A stretch of DNA of 64,000 nucleotides from Selaginella moellendorffii (lineage: Eukaryota; Plantae; Lycopodiophyta), in assembly GCF_000143415.4 (NCBI RefSeq), contig NW_003314323.1, positions 62,001 through 126,000 of the forward strand, in the 5' to 3' direction. How positions within the stretch are numbered: the first letter of the stretch is position 1; each line of letters opens with the position of its first letter. The translations under genes were made by a program, and so were the position numbers. Positions 35,953 to 46,821 of this stretch are shown in pieces. Below the pieces are notes generated by a model. The model did no database searches. It was not told the origin of the DNA and was given only the letters and a program-made list of their open reading frames with translations.

Positions 35953-37420
35953 ATGGCGTGCAGGATTTCTGTGATTTCCAGGCATATTTCTTCGCCGCCG
36001 CTGGAACACCTCGACGATCTGGGGGTTCGTGTTGCGCCTGAGGTTCGATCGGCTCTTTCCAGTGGCGTCGGTGTGGTTGCACTGGAATCGACCATTGTAT
36101 CGCATGGTATCGCGCTTGTTAATTTCCTCCGACTTCCATTCGAGTGATTTTCTTGCTCTTTGCCAGGAATGCCTTACCCGCAAAACTTCCATACAGCTCA
36201 AGAGGTTGAATCCATTGTGAGAGCGAATGGGGCCGTGCCGGCAACCATAGCCATCTTAGACGGTGTCCCATGCATTGGTATGCTTTTGTTTCGTTTTCTG
36301 GTTCTCTAACACAGCATGCATAGGCTTGAGCTTGGCGGAGCTCGAACGGCTTGCGAAGCTTGGTACCATGGTTTCAAAGACCGCTAGGCGCGACATTCCT
36401 TACGTCGTAAGCTCTTTTTTCACTTGTTCTCCACAGTTAGTGTTTTTCTTTCCCAGATTGCTCGTCGGGGAAACGGAGCAACCACTGTTTCAGCAACAAT
36501 GTTTTTCGCTTCAAAGGTAGTTTCTACAGTGGGAAAAAGAGGAGTCTCTGATGGATTATGTTCCAGGCGGGAATCAAAGTGTTCGTAACTGGAGGTATTG
36601 GAGGAGTTCATCGACAGGGCGAGTCAAGTAAGGCCAATGTTCTTTCTTATGTCATACTTTTGTGTCTTCAACTTTGTTTTTATTAAGCTATGGACGTGTC
36701 CTCGGACTTGACAGAACTGGGTAAAACTCCAGTTGCGGTGGTTTGTGCAGGGGTAAAATCAATCCTTGACATTCCACGAACACTCGAATACCTGGTAAGA
36801 CCATCGTATAGCGCACGAGTGTTTTAATATGAAACAATTTGCAGGAAACTCAAGGAGTGACGGTTGTTAGCTACTCAACTGATGAATTTCCTGCATTTTT
36901 TACTCCTAACAGTGGCTGCAAAGCACCTTGCCGAGCAGACAGCGTGGAGGAATGCGCAGACATCATAGGTAAGCTCTAGCCATCGTGGTTATCGATTCTA
37001 ACTTGACACTGCAGAGGCAAACACGAAGCTTGGATTGGGTTCAGGCATTTTGATCGGGGTTCCAATACCCGCAGAGCATGCAGCAGCAGCTAAGAACGTG
37101 GAATCGGCCATACAATCGGCATTGCATGAAGCAGAGTACGTCTCAGTGACCTCTCTTGCTATTCCTACGTGTTTTTTTTTTTATAGGAGCAGAGGTATTG
37201 CCGGTAATTCTGTGACGCCATTCTTGCTCAAGCGCGTCAACGAGCTCACTGGAGGCGATTCATTGGCTGCAAGTATCCTTTTGTTTGGTAGTCCTCCTGT
37301 GGTAGTTTTTCTTTGCTACAATTGACAGATATCCAGCTCGTGAAGAATAATGCACTCGTTGGTGCGAAGATTGCAACGGCTCTGACAACAAGGCTGAGTC
37401 GCTTCACTAAATCGTCTTGA
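35953..37420 (+). CDS. PUMY: Pseudouridine-5'-phosphate glycosidase (PUMY / PsuG / IndA family)
   Basis: [101 protein letters not shown]-terminal PTS2-like RISVISRHI. Confidence 0.93.
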
Positions 37421-37921
37421 CACTCGGCCCCGATTGGTGTAAATGCCATCCACAAAACGCGTACGTGAGAACACTGTTTCTTTTTCCCATCTGTTGGGTT
37501 CGCCACTCTTTGCCTGTTTCTTTATTTCTGTGCTTTCAACAGATTATACTTCCCGCGGCATGTCGCTGGGTAGTGGCAACGGACAAAACATCACAGCTGT
37601 TAATGCCAGACACGGAAAAACTAAACTACTTGAAAGTGAGGTACTTACGAGGTAGAGACGATCAACATCAACACGTTTATTGGTTTTGATTTTCGTCTTG
37701 CTGTGTTGGATTACAGATGGGCAACGAGCTCAGTTTTTCTCACGAGAAACTTCTTGCCACACAGCCAATCCTCTCTTGCCATTGGAGACTCGCTCGCGCA
37801 GAAGTTTCCTCCCATACCAACAACATATGGCGACGTTACTCTCTCTTGAGCTGGATCTTAGTAAGCCTCCAACTCATTCTTCTCCCGATCACGCGTTTAT
37901 TCCGCGGCAATGGCTACATCC

Positions 37922-37928
37922 TATAAAT
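37922..37928 (+). promoter_or_regulatory. TATA box of XTH gene
   Basis: CTATAAAT about 130 bp upstream of the XTH ATG, followed by a pyrimidine-rich leader. Confidence 0.55.
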
Positions 37929-38055
37929 CTCCATCACCACCCCAGTGTCAACCATTGCAAACTCCATCCCGTCTGCTACCAGTCTTCGAAGTTTCATCCA
38001 TCCAAGCCTCTGATCATACAAGTCTTCTGTTCTTGCCAGGACTTCCGATCGAGCA

Positions 38056-39037
38056 ATGGGTGCTCTCAAAGTCATTGCATTGCTGTTGTTGGTCGAGCTT
38101 GCGCTCTCTGCTCGTCTCCCACCAAAGTCAGATGTTTCTTTCTCTGAGAACTACTATGTCCGATGGGCCAACGATCATACGCGAGTCCTCAACGGTGGCA
38201 CCGAAATGCAGCTTGTTCTCGACAAGGCATCAGGTAACAATCTCTCTTTCTTTCAAAGCTTCTCTTTTGCTGATCAAGTCCTGTTGCATGATAGGTGCTG
38301 GATTTGGGTCCCGCAGCAAATACTTGTTCGGTCATGTCAGCATGAAGATCAAGCTGGTTCCCAAAGACTCTGCTGGAACAGTGACGGCATTCTACATGTC
38401 ATCCGAGACCGACAAGCACGACGAGATCGACTTTGAGTTCTTGGGGAACGTTTCCGGGCAGCCATACATCGTCCAGACCAACGTTTTCGCCAATGGCGTT
38501 GGAAACCGGGAGCAGCGACACTACCTCTGGTTCGACCCCACTCAGGACTTCCACAGCTACTCCTTCCTCTGGAACAAGCAGCAGATCATGTAAGTTAGCC
38601 CTCTATAGCTACTCGATCGATCATTGCTGAAACTGTGGTTTTGATCCCTCAGATTCTACGTGGACGATGTCCCTCTGCGTGTCCACAAGAATAACGAAGC
38701 CATTGGGATCCCATTCCCGAAGAGCCAGCCCATGGGGATCTACTCGAGTCTGTGGAATGGAGACGACTGGGCTACTCGCGGCGGGCTGGAGAAGATCAAC
38801 TGGGATCACGCTCCATTCGTGGCGGCGTACAAGGGATTCAGCGTGGATGCTTGCGCCGGGGGCGTGGAGTCTTGCAGCGCTCCCAGGGGCAACTGGTGGG
38901 AGCAAAAGGCATTCCAGCGCACCGACAAGGAGACCAAGAGCAAGCTCAAGTGGGTCAAGGACAACTACATGATCTACAACTACTGCAGCGATAGCAAAAG
39001 ATTTCCCACCACTCCAGCCGACTGTGGCCAGTTTTGA
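38056..39037 (+). CDS. XTH: Xyloglucan endotransglucosylase/hydrolase (GH16, group I/II)
   Basis: Signal peptide, catalytic [51 protein letters not shown]. Two introns. Confidence 0.95.
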
Positions 39038-39117
39038 GAGCTTCCATGTACTTACATTCTTTTGTACAAAAAAACACACATTTTTTTTACCAGACTTTGC
39101 ATGCTTCCTCCGTAAAA

Positions 39118-40443
39118 TCATGCCATAGTTGCCTGGCTCTCATCGAAAATCGGTGCGAGATACCACGCGTAAGGAAGGCCTTTCTCCTCGGAGGAAGTGT
39201 TGTAAGAGGCATGCGTGATTTTTCGCCTTCTAAAGTATTCTCCCCATGCGTACTGTACTATGAACCTGCGGGAAGAAGAAAGTGTTTGTGAAAAGGCACG
39301 AGCTTGAATGAGAAAGTTTTTTTAAAGTACCACAAGACGATGGCGATCGCACAGAGGGAGATGAAGAGTATCGCTGTGACTTGGGATTCTCCAGAGTACT
39401 TGATCCATCCGATGACGATCATGCTCAGGAGGAAGAGAGAAACACCTGCGGCGGAAGAAAGCAAAGGATTTGGCAAGTGTTTTGCACGGCTTACCGAAAG
39501 AAAAGGAATGGAAAGCTTGCTGCCAGGTAGTCTCACATCTGCGTCGCCAGCAAGATCATGAGAGAGTGTACTTACGACAGAAGAAAAACAAGGAAAAAGA
39601 ATGAAAAATCTACCTGCAATACCAAAAGGCTTCCAGAGTTCTCCTGGGCGCAGGAGGATGATCACCTGGATTGTAGTTTCGACAAAAGTCTAAGCAGCTA
39701 AAGATGAATTCCTCCTCGGCTTCTTCGTTGACATAAGTTCTGCCAATCTTGAGAATGCTTCCTAGAATAAGCGTACAGGTAACCATTGACATGATCATCA
39801 ACCCTTCCTGCAAGAAAAGAGTGAGCTGAATTTTAGGTAGATTAGGAAATCTCACCACAACAGCCGTGAGGACTCCATACACTCCAAACAAGGCCTACTG
39901 CGAGAAACAATGAGTTGAGGAACCGCGACAAATAACTTCGAAACAATTAACCTTTGAAAACTTCATTTGTGGTTGGAACTGCGTAAGCGTGACGATAGCG
40001 AAGCCTGCAAAGAGCGCTGACAAGTTTGACACTGCCTTGAGAAGCTCCGATTTCTCTTCCACATCTCGACGATTCCTCTCCACAAATCTGCCAAAGAGTT
40101 GCTATAGACCAAAAGAATAAAACCAAACAAAGCACAGAGCTTGCCTTAGCCAAAGGCAGCGCGCATTCTCCAAATTCCTATACTCCAGATTCTCCTGCCT
40201 CCACCTGCGATCGATCCATCACTGCAAGAAATCCCTTGTTCTAGACCCTCACCACCGCTTGCTCGCGCGCAATTCGGCGTCGTCCTTCCTCACTCGGCGC
40301 TCCACACGCATCCACTCCACATCCTGCGATCGCGCCTCGTGAATGTGCGCCCGCCAGGCCGCGTCCTCCTCCCGCCACGCCCGGTTCATGCCGCTGTCCA
40401 GCGCCGCGAGGATGCCCTGCGCTGCGTCGCCCGCGCTCGCCAT
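39118..40443 (-). CDS. ORAI: Orai/CRAC calcium-channel family protein (4 TM), eight exons
   Basis: TM1 LLKAVSNLSALFAGFAIVTLTQFQ aligns to Orai1 [24 protein letters not shown]. TM3 GVSLFLLSMIVIGWIKY aligns to GTLLFLAEVVLLCWVKF. Exons join in frame using a GC-AG intron (40088-40144) and a CAG-TAG tandem acceptor near 39897. Confidence 0.8.
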
Positions 40444-40449
40444 AGCTGG

Positions 40450-40544
40450 CAAGAACCCTAAACCTTTAAAAAAGTATTACACGCTGGCATTAAAATTTCC
40501 AAGAACCCTAAACCTTTAAGACAACTTTACACGCTCGCATTAAA
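40450..40544. repeat. Tandem 50-bp duplication upstream of Orai
   Basis: CAAGAACCCTAAACCTTTAA..TTACACGCT.GCATTAAA present twice with period 50 (40450 and 40500). Confidence 0.85.
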
Positions 40545-40597
40545 TCCCTTTTAAAACGTAAGGAGAAAAAGTATACAAAGGTTTATAGGTCTACCAA

Positions 40598-41725
40598 TCA
40601 ATCAACTGGGATTGGTACCATAATGCTATCATTTCTTGCACTTGCAAAGATCAGTTCTTCCAGCTCCCCTTCCTCCGAATCCACATGATCTAGAAAAACT
40701 CACAAAGAATGAATCAAAGATCTTACAACTTTGCAAAAGCTCGGCTTTTCATCGTGCTAACCTGGATCTTCGTCGAAGAGGATAGCTTTGCTGGTGCCAC
40801 TGCTCTTGAAAACCTCCATCTTGATCACGCGATTGCCTCCAAACACCTCCAGATGCACGAGATCGCCAGTCTCGAGCTCTTGATCCTCCACAAACTGCCT
40901 CCATTCATGGCGCTTCACCATGAATCTCCTCCCGGAGCTGTGCACGCTCAGCGATTGGCAGCTCCCGCCATTGATCACGCGGTACTGCATCCCGATGTTG
41001 ATGTGCGCGCGCACGAATCCTGGGGGCAAGTTCTAGAGCACACACAAGCAATCACAGAGAAGCCAAGGTTGAAGGAGAAAGATCATAGAATCCCAGGGGA
41101 AGATCGATACCAGAGTGAAGCTGGGCGACAAATGCGACCTGGTGATCTTGATGTCGATGCTGGGCTTGTCCGTGTCGCTGCAGATCGTCACGCTCGACGG
41201 CCTGCCATTCCCCTTTGCGCGTTTCCTGGCTGGCGGCGACGCACTGTCGTCATCTCCCGAGACTTTGGAGCTGGAGTCCAAGCTCGCCGCCGCCCGGTTC
41301 TTGGCACCGCCGCCGCCGCTCCTCCGCCTCTTCCTCCTCGGTGCTTTTTCCTTCTCCGCCTCTTCCTCTTCCTCGTACTCCTCCTCCTCCTCCTCGTCTC
41401 CCCCCGGGCGAAACCTTTGGAGAAGCTCCAGCTGCTCGTGCTGGCTATGGCGATCATCGTAATCGCCATCACCCTCCTCGTCATCGTCGCCCTCTTTCTC
41501 TTCCTCCGGGTCCTCTCCCTCGTCTACCTCTCGATGCTGCGCTTGGAGATGGCGATAGTTCGCGTCGGGATCGCCACCACCGTCGCCCACACTCTTCACT
41601 CGCAAATTCCAGCCATGCTCGCCTCCTCCATCTTTCTTCGTCAAGCTCTTCCTCCGAATCACAACGCTTGCTTTCACCTCTAGCTCTTCCTCCGCGCCGA
41701 GCGCCCGATCGAGACTATTTCCCAT
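40598..41725 (-). CDS. Divergent B3-domain-like protein (copy 1)
   Basis: Acidic/basic N-terminal half, then IKITRSHL..LPPGFVRAH..EWRQFVEDQELETGDLVHLE (B3/REM-like). Three exons join in frame. Confidence 0.65.
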
Positions 41726-42166
41726 ACAAACTCCACCTAAAAAGCCTGGTTGAAAAAACCAATGCGTCTACCTCACCACGAACCCTAAAAACCACCCCTC
41801 ACACACTTGTCCCCCATACAAACACTTATATAATGTTTGAAAGTTTAACAATACAACAAACCAATGCTCTATGGAGCCCTCGGTTACAAAGAAAGTGATT
41901 TTCTGTAGGAACAGTGTCTCCAGAGAAGAAAGGGAAACGAAGAACGAAGAAAAAAAAGCACCAAGATGACCGGAAATTAATCTTAAGCCGCGACGCCTTC
42001 TGCTGGGGAAGATTCAGGCCCGGCTGCTGCTGCTGCTGTTGCTGTTGCTGTTGCTACTCCTGCTGCTGCTGGTGTTGCTGCTCCCGATGTTGCTGCTCCT
42101 GCCGAATCTGGACATGAAACTGAGCTAGCAACAAGCGTGTGAGTCAAGAGCGAAGTACAAAACCTG

Positions 42167-43351
42167 TTACTCCCGGCGAGTAGAGCTCAGCGCCGCCAGG
42201 TCCTGGAATGCCAAGAACATTAGCTCTAGAACACCTGAGAGAAGCAAGAGATCCAGCAAACCAGACAAGAGATCCGAGCAAACCAAACAAACAGATCTGA
42301 GCAAACCAGACAAACAGATCCGAGCACACCAGACAAAGAGAGCACACGGACCTGTGTTTGGGTAGGGAGGTGGAGACGCTGACGGCTCCGCTGGAGTGTA
42401 CTGCGCGAGCGAGTGACCCTTTTCGATCCGGAGCTTGGACTTGCCCTCCATCTCGAAGTGCACAGTGTCGTTGAGCTGGAGATTGTGCTCGTGGACGATC
42501 TGGGCCCAGTGCTGCTTCTTAAACTTGAACCTCGTCTTGGTGATCTCCTCGATCTCCAGGGACTTGCCCTGCACGCCGTTTGAGATTTCGAAGAAGCTCC
42601 CGTGCATCGCAACGAACTCTGGCGGCACAGTCTGCGAGAGCAAGCAAGTCAGACATGGATAGATGGTAGAGAAAGCTCTAAGCTTCGAATCAAGCACAGA
42701 GAGAAAGAAGGTATCCATAGAGCAAACTCCAAGTCAGACATGGATGGATGGACAGGCTAAAACTAGAGAAAGCTCCAAGCCTCGAATCAAGCACAAATAT
42801 CAGCAAGAAGAGAAAAAAAGCACAGAAAGGGAAAAGGAAGAAAAACAAGCTCACACAAACCACACAGGGGAACAAAGCAGGAGCAAGAAGAAAAAGGAAG
42901 AAACTAGCTCAAGAACACAAAAGGGAAGAGTGTGAGGACTTACCACATGGAAATTTGGAGAGAGGTGTGACTTTAGCACGCTCATGTCCAGGCCGGAGTT
43001 ACTCCACTTCATACACGAAGTCTTCCTCCCAGCGTAGCGCCCCGTCCGCGGCGTCGCCCCTTCCTCCAGCGGCTGCTGCTGCTCGCTATCGCTCGAATTC
43101 GCCTCGTCCAGCGCCCCCACCTTCAAAATCTTGCGCGCTCGCATCGACCGGTCGTCGGCGCTCTTGCGCGCCCTGCTGTCGCCGTTGGGCACCGCGTACT
43201 TGGGCATTGCCTCCGCGGCGGGCGTCTGCTCGGCATTCCCATTCGCAGCGCCATTCGCCTGCTGCCCGCGGCCGCCGTGATCCACCTTCTTGATGCGCAG
43301 CGTCACCTCATACTCGTCGTCCCGGAATACCTTCTCGAGATTGTTGCCCAT
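42167..43351 (-). CDS. Divergent B3-domain-like protein (copy 2); 3' end uncertain
   Basis: Same MGN-L start and SHLSP.F exon boundary as copy 1, then VPPEFVAMH..HWAQIVHEHNLQLNDTVHFE. Terminal exon frame is ambiguous and may extend to about 41980. Confidence 0.6.
42249..42340. repeat. Intronic minisatellite, about 4 x 23 bp
   Basis: Unit AGATCCGAGCAAACCAGACAAAC repeated with variants inside an intron of B3 copy 2. Confidence 0.8.
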
Positions 43352-43705
43352 CTCCGCCAAGAATCGCCGCCGCCGCCGCCGCCGCGAGATCCACAGCTCC
43401 TCCTTCTCCCGCCGAATCGAGGAGCGCGCTCACATTCTCTCCAAAATCCCGCTCCAGATACCCCAATAAGAGAACCCCTGAGCCCTAAAACTCTGCTTCC
43501 ATTTCTTGATAAAGACGATTCCATGGGATATTCCCCCACCACGTTATTTCCCTGTGTAAGTAATTGATTGCGCAAGAACAAGGCCGTGTTCTTCCTTTCT
43601 CCGCTCGCTACTAAAACGTATCACTGTGGTCTCTGTTATTTTTCTTCCGCGATGGAATGGATCGATCGAGAGAGCGCGAGCGCTCCTCCATTCTTTTTTG
43701 CTGGT

Positions 43706-44576
43706 TTATAAAATCTCCCACTCCGAGTCTGATTCTTCCTTGGGATTTGTCACGGCGGTAGCGCTGCTGTCCCAGTTTTCCACGATGCCAGAGCTTTTCT
43801 TGTACTCGTCCGTGATGTACCACTGAGCAACTTGGTCGCCGGCTTCCACCACGGTATCGCTCTCCTCGGCCTGGGAGCAATCGAAAACATGAATAACACG
43901 AGAAGCAAATGATTGGAGAACCTGTGATCCGGAAGAAGTTGTTTGGGCTTGGGTCTCCGCGAGCTCTTCGATCTCGGGCGCTTCAATCTCGGGACCACGC
44001 GTTTGATGGAGCTGAGCATCACCTCCTGACAAAGCAAATCCATTTAGCCACACAAGCTAGTAATCCAAAAAACTTGGAAAGCTTTCCGTACCTTGCGAAA
44101 CTCCTCCTGTTTCTGCCTGTGTTTGCGAATCCTCTTGCTTGACAGCGGCTTTTTTCTTGCTCGCCTCGCATCTACACTGGCACTTGTCGACGTGCTTGCA
44201 CTCGTCCTCGGCTGGAAGCAAGTCACGGATGAGCTCCGAGCACACCTTTCTCATGGTTGCTCCAGCCGTCGATACTTGGGTCTCGAAGTACTTCCCAGCC
44301 TCCTGGAATCGCAAAACATAACAGAGCTTGGAGCTTAGACTTGGAAACAAACGCTTAGACTTAGAAAGAGAGAGAAAGAAAGGAAAAAAAAAAGAGGCTC
44401 TAGCTCCAGTACTCTAGAGCCTATCTCTTTGAGAAAAATCCTCTCACCTGGAAAAGGAGCGAAGGGTTCTTGTCAGCCTCCACGCAAATGGCCTCGATCT
44501 TCATATACATCCGGTCCATGAAAGATGCCTCCTTGGATGGAGCTAGAGTCTCATCGGCTTCGGGCTTTTGATACAT
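43706..44576 (-). CDS. ATI3-like protein with C-terminal ATG8-interacting motif
   Basis: Four exons join in frame: FMDRMYMKIEAICVE..Q|EAGKYFETQVSTAGATMRKVCSELIRDLLP ... EESDSEWEIL*. Both the N-terminal block and the acidic-WxxL end resemble the ATI3 family. Confidence 0.7.
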
Positions 44577-45148
44577 TCTTCCTCCAATCGCATTCCCTAC
44601 GAAGCCAGGAGGAGAGATTCAGCCATCGCAGCACTATTCAAGCGGCAAAGACGACCCTAGAGGAGAAAGGACCAAAAACTGGGAGGAATCCATCGCGCGA
44701 GCGCCAAAACCGAGAAAAGAATCCGTAATATCGCTAGGGGAAGGCTCTCCAGGATCATCGCGGGGACGATCGAGGCCAAAAAACAAGACGATCGTTACCT
44801 GTTTGCGAGCTCCTCCTGCGCCAATCCTCGCCTGGATTGCGAGAGCTAGAAGAAATCGCGCAGGATCAGGGCAGCGGCATACGCACCGCTCGTGGCTCCC
44901 AAATTTCCACGATCGCTTTGGCGAAGAGAAGAACTTTCAGGCGGCCGAGAATTATCCCCGGCGCCCGTCAATGTGCCCGTCGCGGCCTCTGACGTGCTGA
45001 CGGGCGGCCGTCATGACACTGGACTGGCGTACACGTGTTGGAAATGTGCCGTACGCCACTGGGCCGGGTGGCCAAAATTCCCTTCCAAGCTATGGAGATG
45101 TTTGGATAAACCCTAGTGAGCTCTAGGGTTCTTCGCGAGCGCTCGGCG

Positions 45149-45562
45149 ATGGATAAGATTTTCGGCCCAGCGTATCGCGGCGATCCTGGCGTCCCGCATT
45201 CCGGGAAGGAGAATTTCGAGAACATCTTCATGGCATCGGTGGGATTCACGGTCTACACTTGGTTCTTCCCATACTACTGGGAGCAGTCGCATTTCCTGTA
45301 CAAGTGAGTGGCCATTTCATCTTCTCTCCATTCCAGATTCATTCGTTTCGCAGCTTTCACGACATCGCGATGTGCGCCGAGCATCACCAGTGGAGGAAAG
45401 CAATGCAGAAGGGCGAGCGCTACGAATTCAAGGTAAGACCTCTTGTGCTTCTCTCAAATCTCTCACTTTCTTGTTTTCTTTTGTTCTTCCCAGTGGAACA
45501 AGTTCATGAAGCCAAAGGAGCGACGCTCTTACTACTACCGCTGGAGAGATTACTACCCCTGA
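45149..45562 (+). CDS. Conserved small plant membrane protein (about 100 aa, YRGDPGVPH family), function unknown
   Basis: Three exons: MDKIFGPAYRGDPGVPH..FTVYTWFFPYYW / FHDIAMCAEHHQWRKAM..YEFK / WNKFM..RSYYYRW..YP*. Confidence 0.75.
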
Positions 45563-45698
45563 AAGGAAAGAAGAGCGTTTCTCTGGATAACTTCATGGAA
45601 AAGTTCAAGCTCAATCACAGCAAAGAACTTCCAGGTCCTGTTTTGTTTTTCCTTTTTCAGTTCTTTCAATTGCAGACAACGGGAAGCTTTCTAAGTGT

Positions 45699-46589
45699 TT
45701 ATAAGTCTCCATAGCGACGACCATCGTCTTGTTCCTGGAAGCTACTCCCATTCCCGACGAAACCATTTTGGAGAGCAGGATAAACTCCATGTCCATACAA
45801 CTCTGGCCTCAGGTATGGAAACTGGAATGGACAATCAGTCGAGTACTGACTTTGCTGTGTGTAGAAATCCAGCTGCTGATCGCCGGGTGGCGTCCAGTCA
45901 TACGAATCGATGGAGCTCCAGGCAAAACCACAGTCATAAATCGCAGCCTCGGCCAGCTGCTTGTGCTGGAAGTTATCAGCCTTTTGGAGCTCTGGAGAAC
46001 AAGGGAAGAACTTAGCAACGAAAGCGAGGAAAGAGAACAACTTACCGCCAGCTCCATGAGCAAAGTGGCACTTACCACCGAACGAGCAGCGGCCGGAGCT
46101 CTCCCACTGGTTGCAAATCCGGGTCTTCCAGTTCGGTGGCCGGATGGAGCTGTGATCGATGCTGCTACATGACGATGACGGTGCCTCGTCGTGGAGAAAC
46201 GTGCAGCGATCAGCGTAGGGGCAGCTTCCTTCTCGGAAGAACTTACAGGGCCGGGTCTTGAAGCTCTGGGAATGAACTCCAGCAGCTGGATCGAGTGGAA
46301 ACGATGGTCCTGCGGCGACGAGATCAGCCGCTGGCCTGCGAAGCTCCTCCACTCCGTGAGCAAAGTTACACCTCGCCTCGAAGGGGCAGCTCCCAGCTAT
46401 GAACTTACTGCACAGCTTGGTCTTGTAGAAGACCTTTGCCTTGCTTGAATCCATCGCCATCGAGGAGGAAGTTTGATGATCAACGAATTCATACCACGAG
46501 CTTTCCATCATCGTTCTCTGCGAGCTCGCTGTGATAGAATCATCACCCAGGAGCTTCTCTCCATGATCTTCCTCGCGCAATTCCTCCAT
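45699..46589 (-). CDS. Tandem CCCH zinc-finger protein (three C-x8-C-x5-C-x3-H-type fingers)
   Basis: YKTKLCSKF..CPF..CNFAHG, FKTRPCKFF..CPY..CTFLH, WKTRICNQW..CSF..CHFAHG. One intron near 45990-46044. Start codon uncertain. Confidence 0.85.
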   Translation of the reverse strand: MEELREEDHGEKLLGDDSITASSQRTMMESSWYEFVDHQTSSSMAMDSSKAKVFYKTKLCSKFIAGSCPFEARCNFAHGVEELRRPAADLVAAGPSFPLDPAAGVHSQSFKTRPCKFFREGSCPYADRCTFLHDEAPSSSCSSIDHSSIRPPNWKTRICNQWESSGRCSFGGKCHFAHGAGGKLFSFLAFVAKFFPCSPELQKADNFQHKQLAEAAIYDCGFAWSSIDSYDWTPPGDQQLDFYTQQSQYSTDCPFQFPYLRPELYGHGVYPALQNGFVGNGSSFQEQDDGRRYGDL

Positions 46590-46821
46590 CTCATCTTCCA
46601 ATCGATCGCGAACAAAGGCCAACCACCAAATTTTCGTTTCGGCATGAAAAACCGTCAAGTATATTCCGTCATCGTCAAGCACAGAGGGTAAAAAAGTACT
46701 AAAAAATATTCACTGGAGGAGAGGAAGAAAAAAGAAAAAATGAAACAACAAATGTGACACCGATCATCGAATCTACGTAAATTTTCCCTTCTTTTCTCCT
46801 TCGTTGCAAATTTTTTCCTCC

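Noticed and set aside
42000-42100. Poly-Cys ORF from (TGC/TGT)n repeats
   Set aside because: Trinucleotide repeat read on the non-coding strand of the B3 copy 2 3' region.
42249-42340. Short repeated units resembling a CRISPR array
   Set aside because: Head-to-tail minisatellite without unique spacers, inside a eukaryotic intron.
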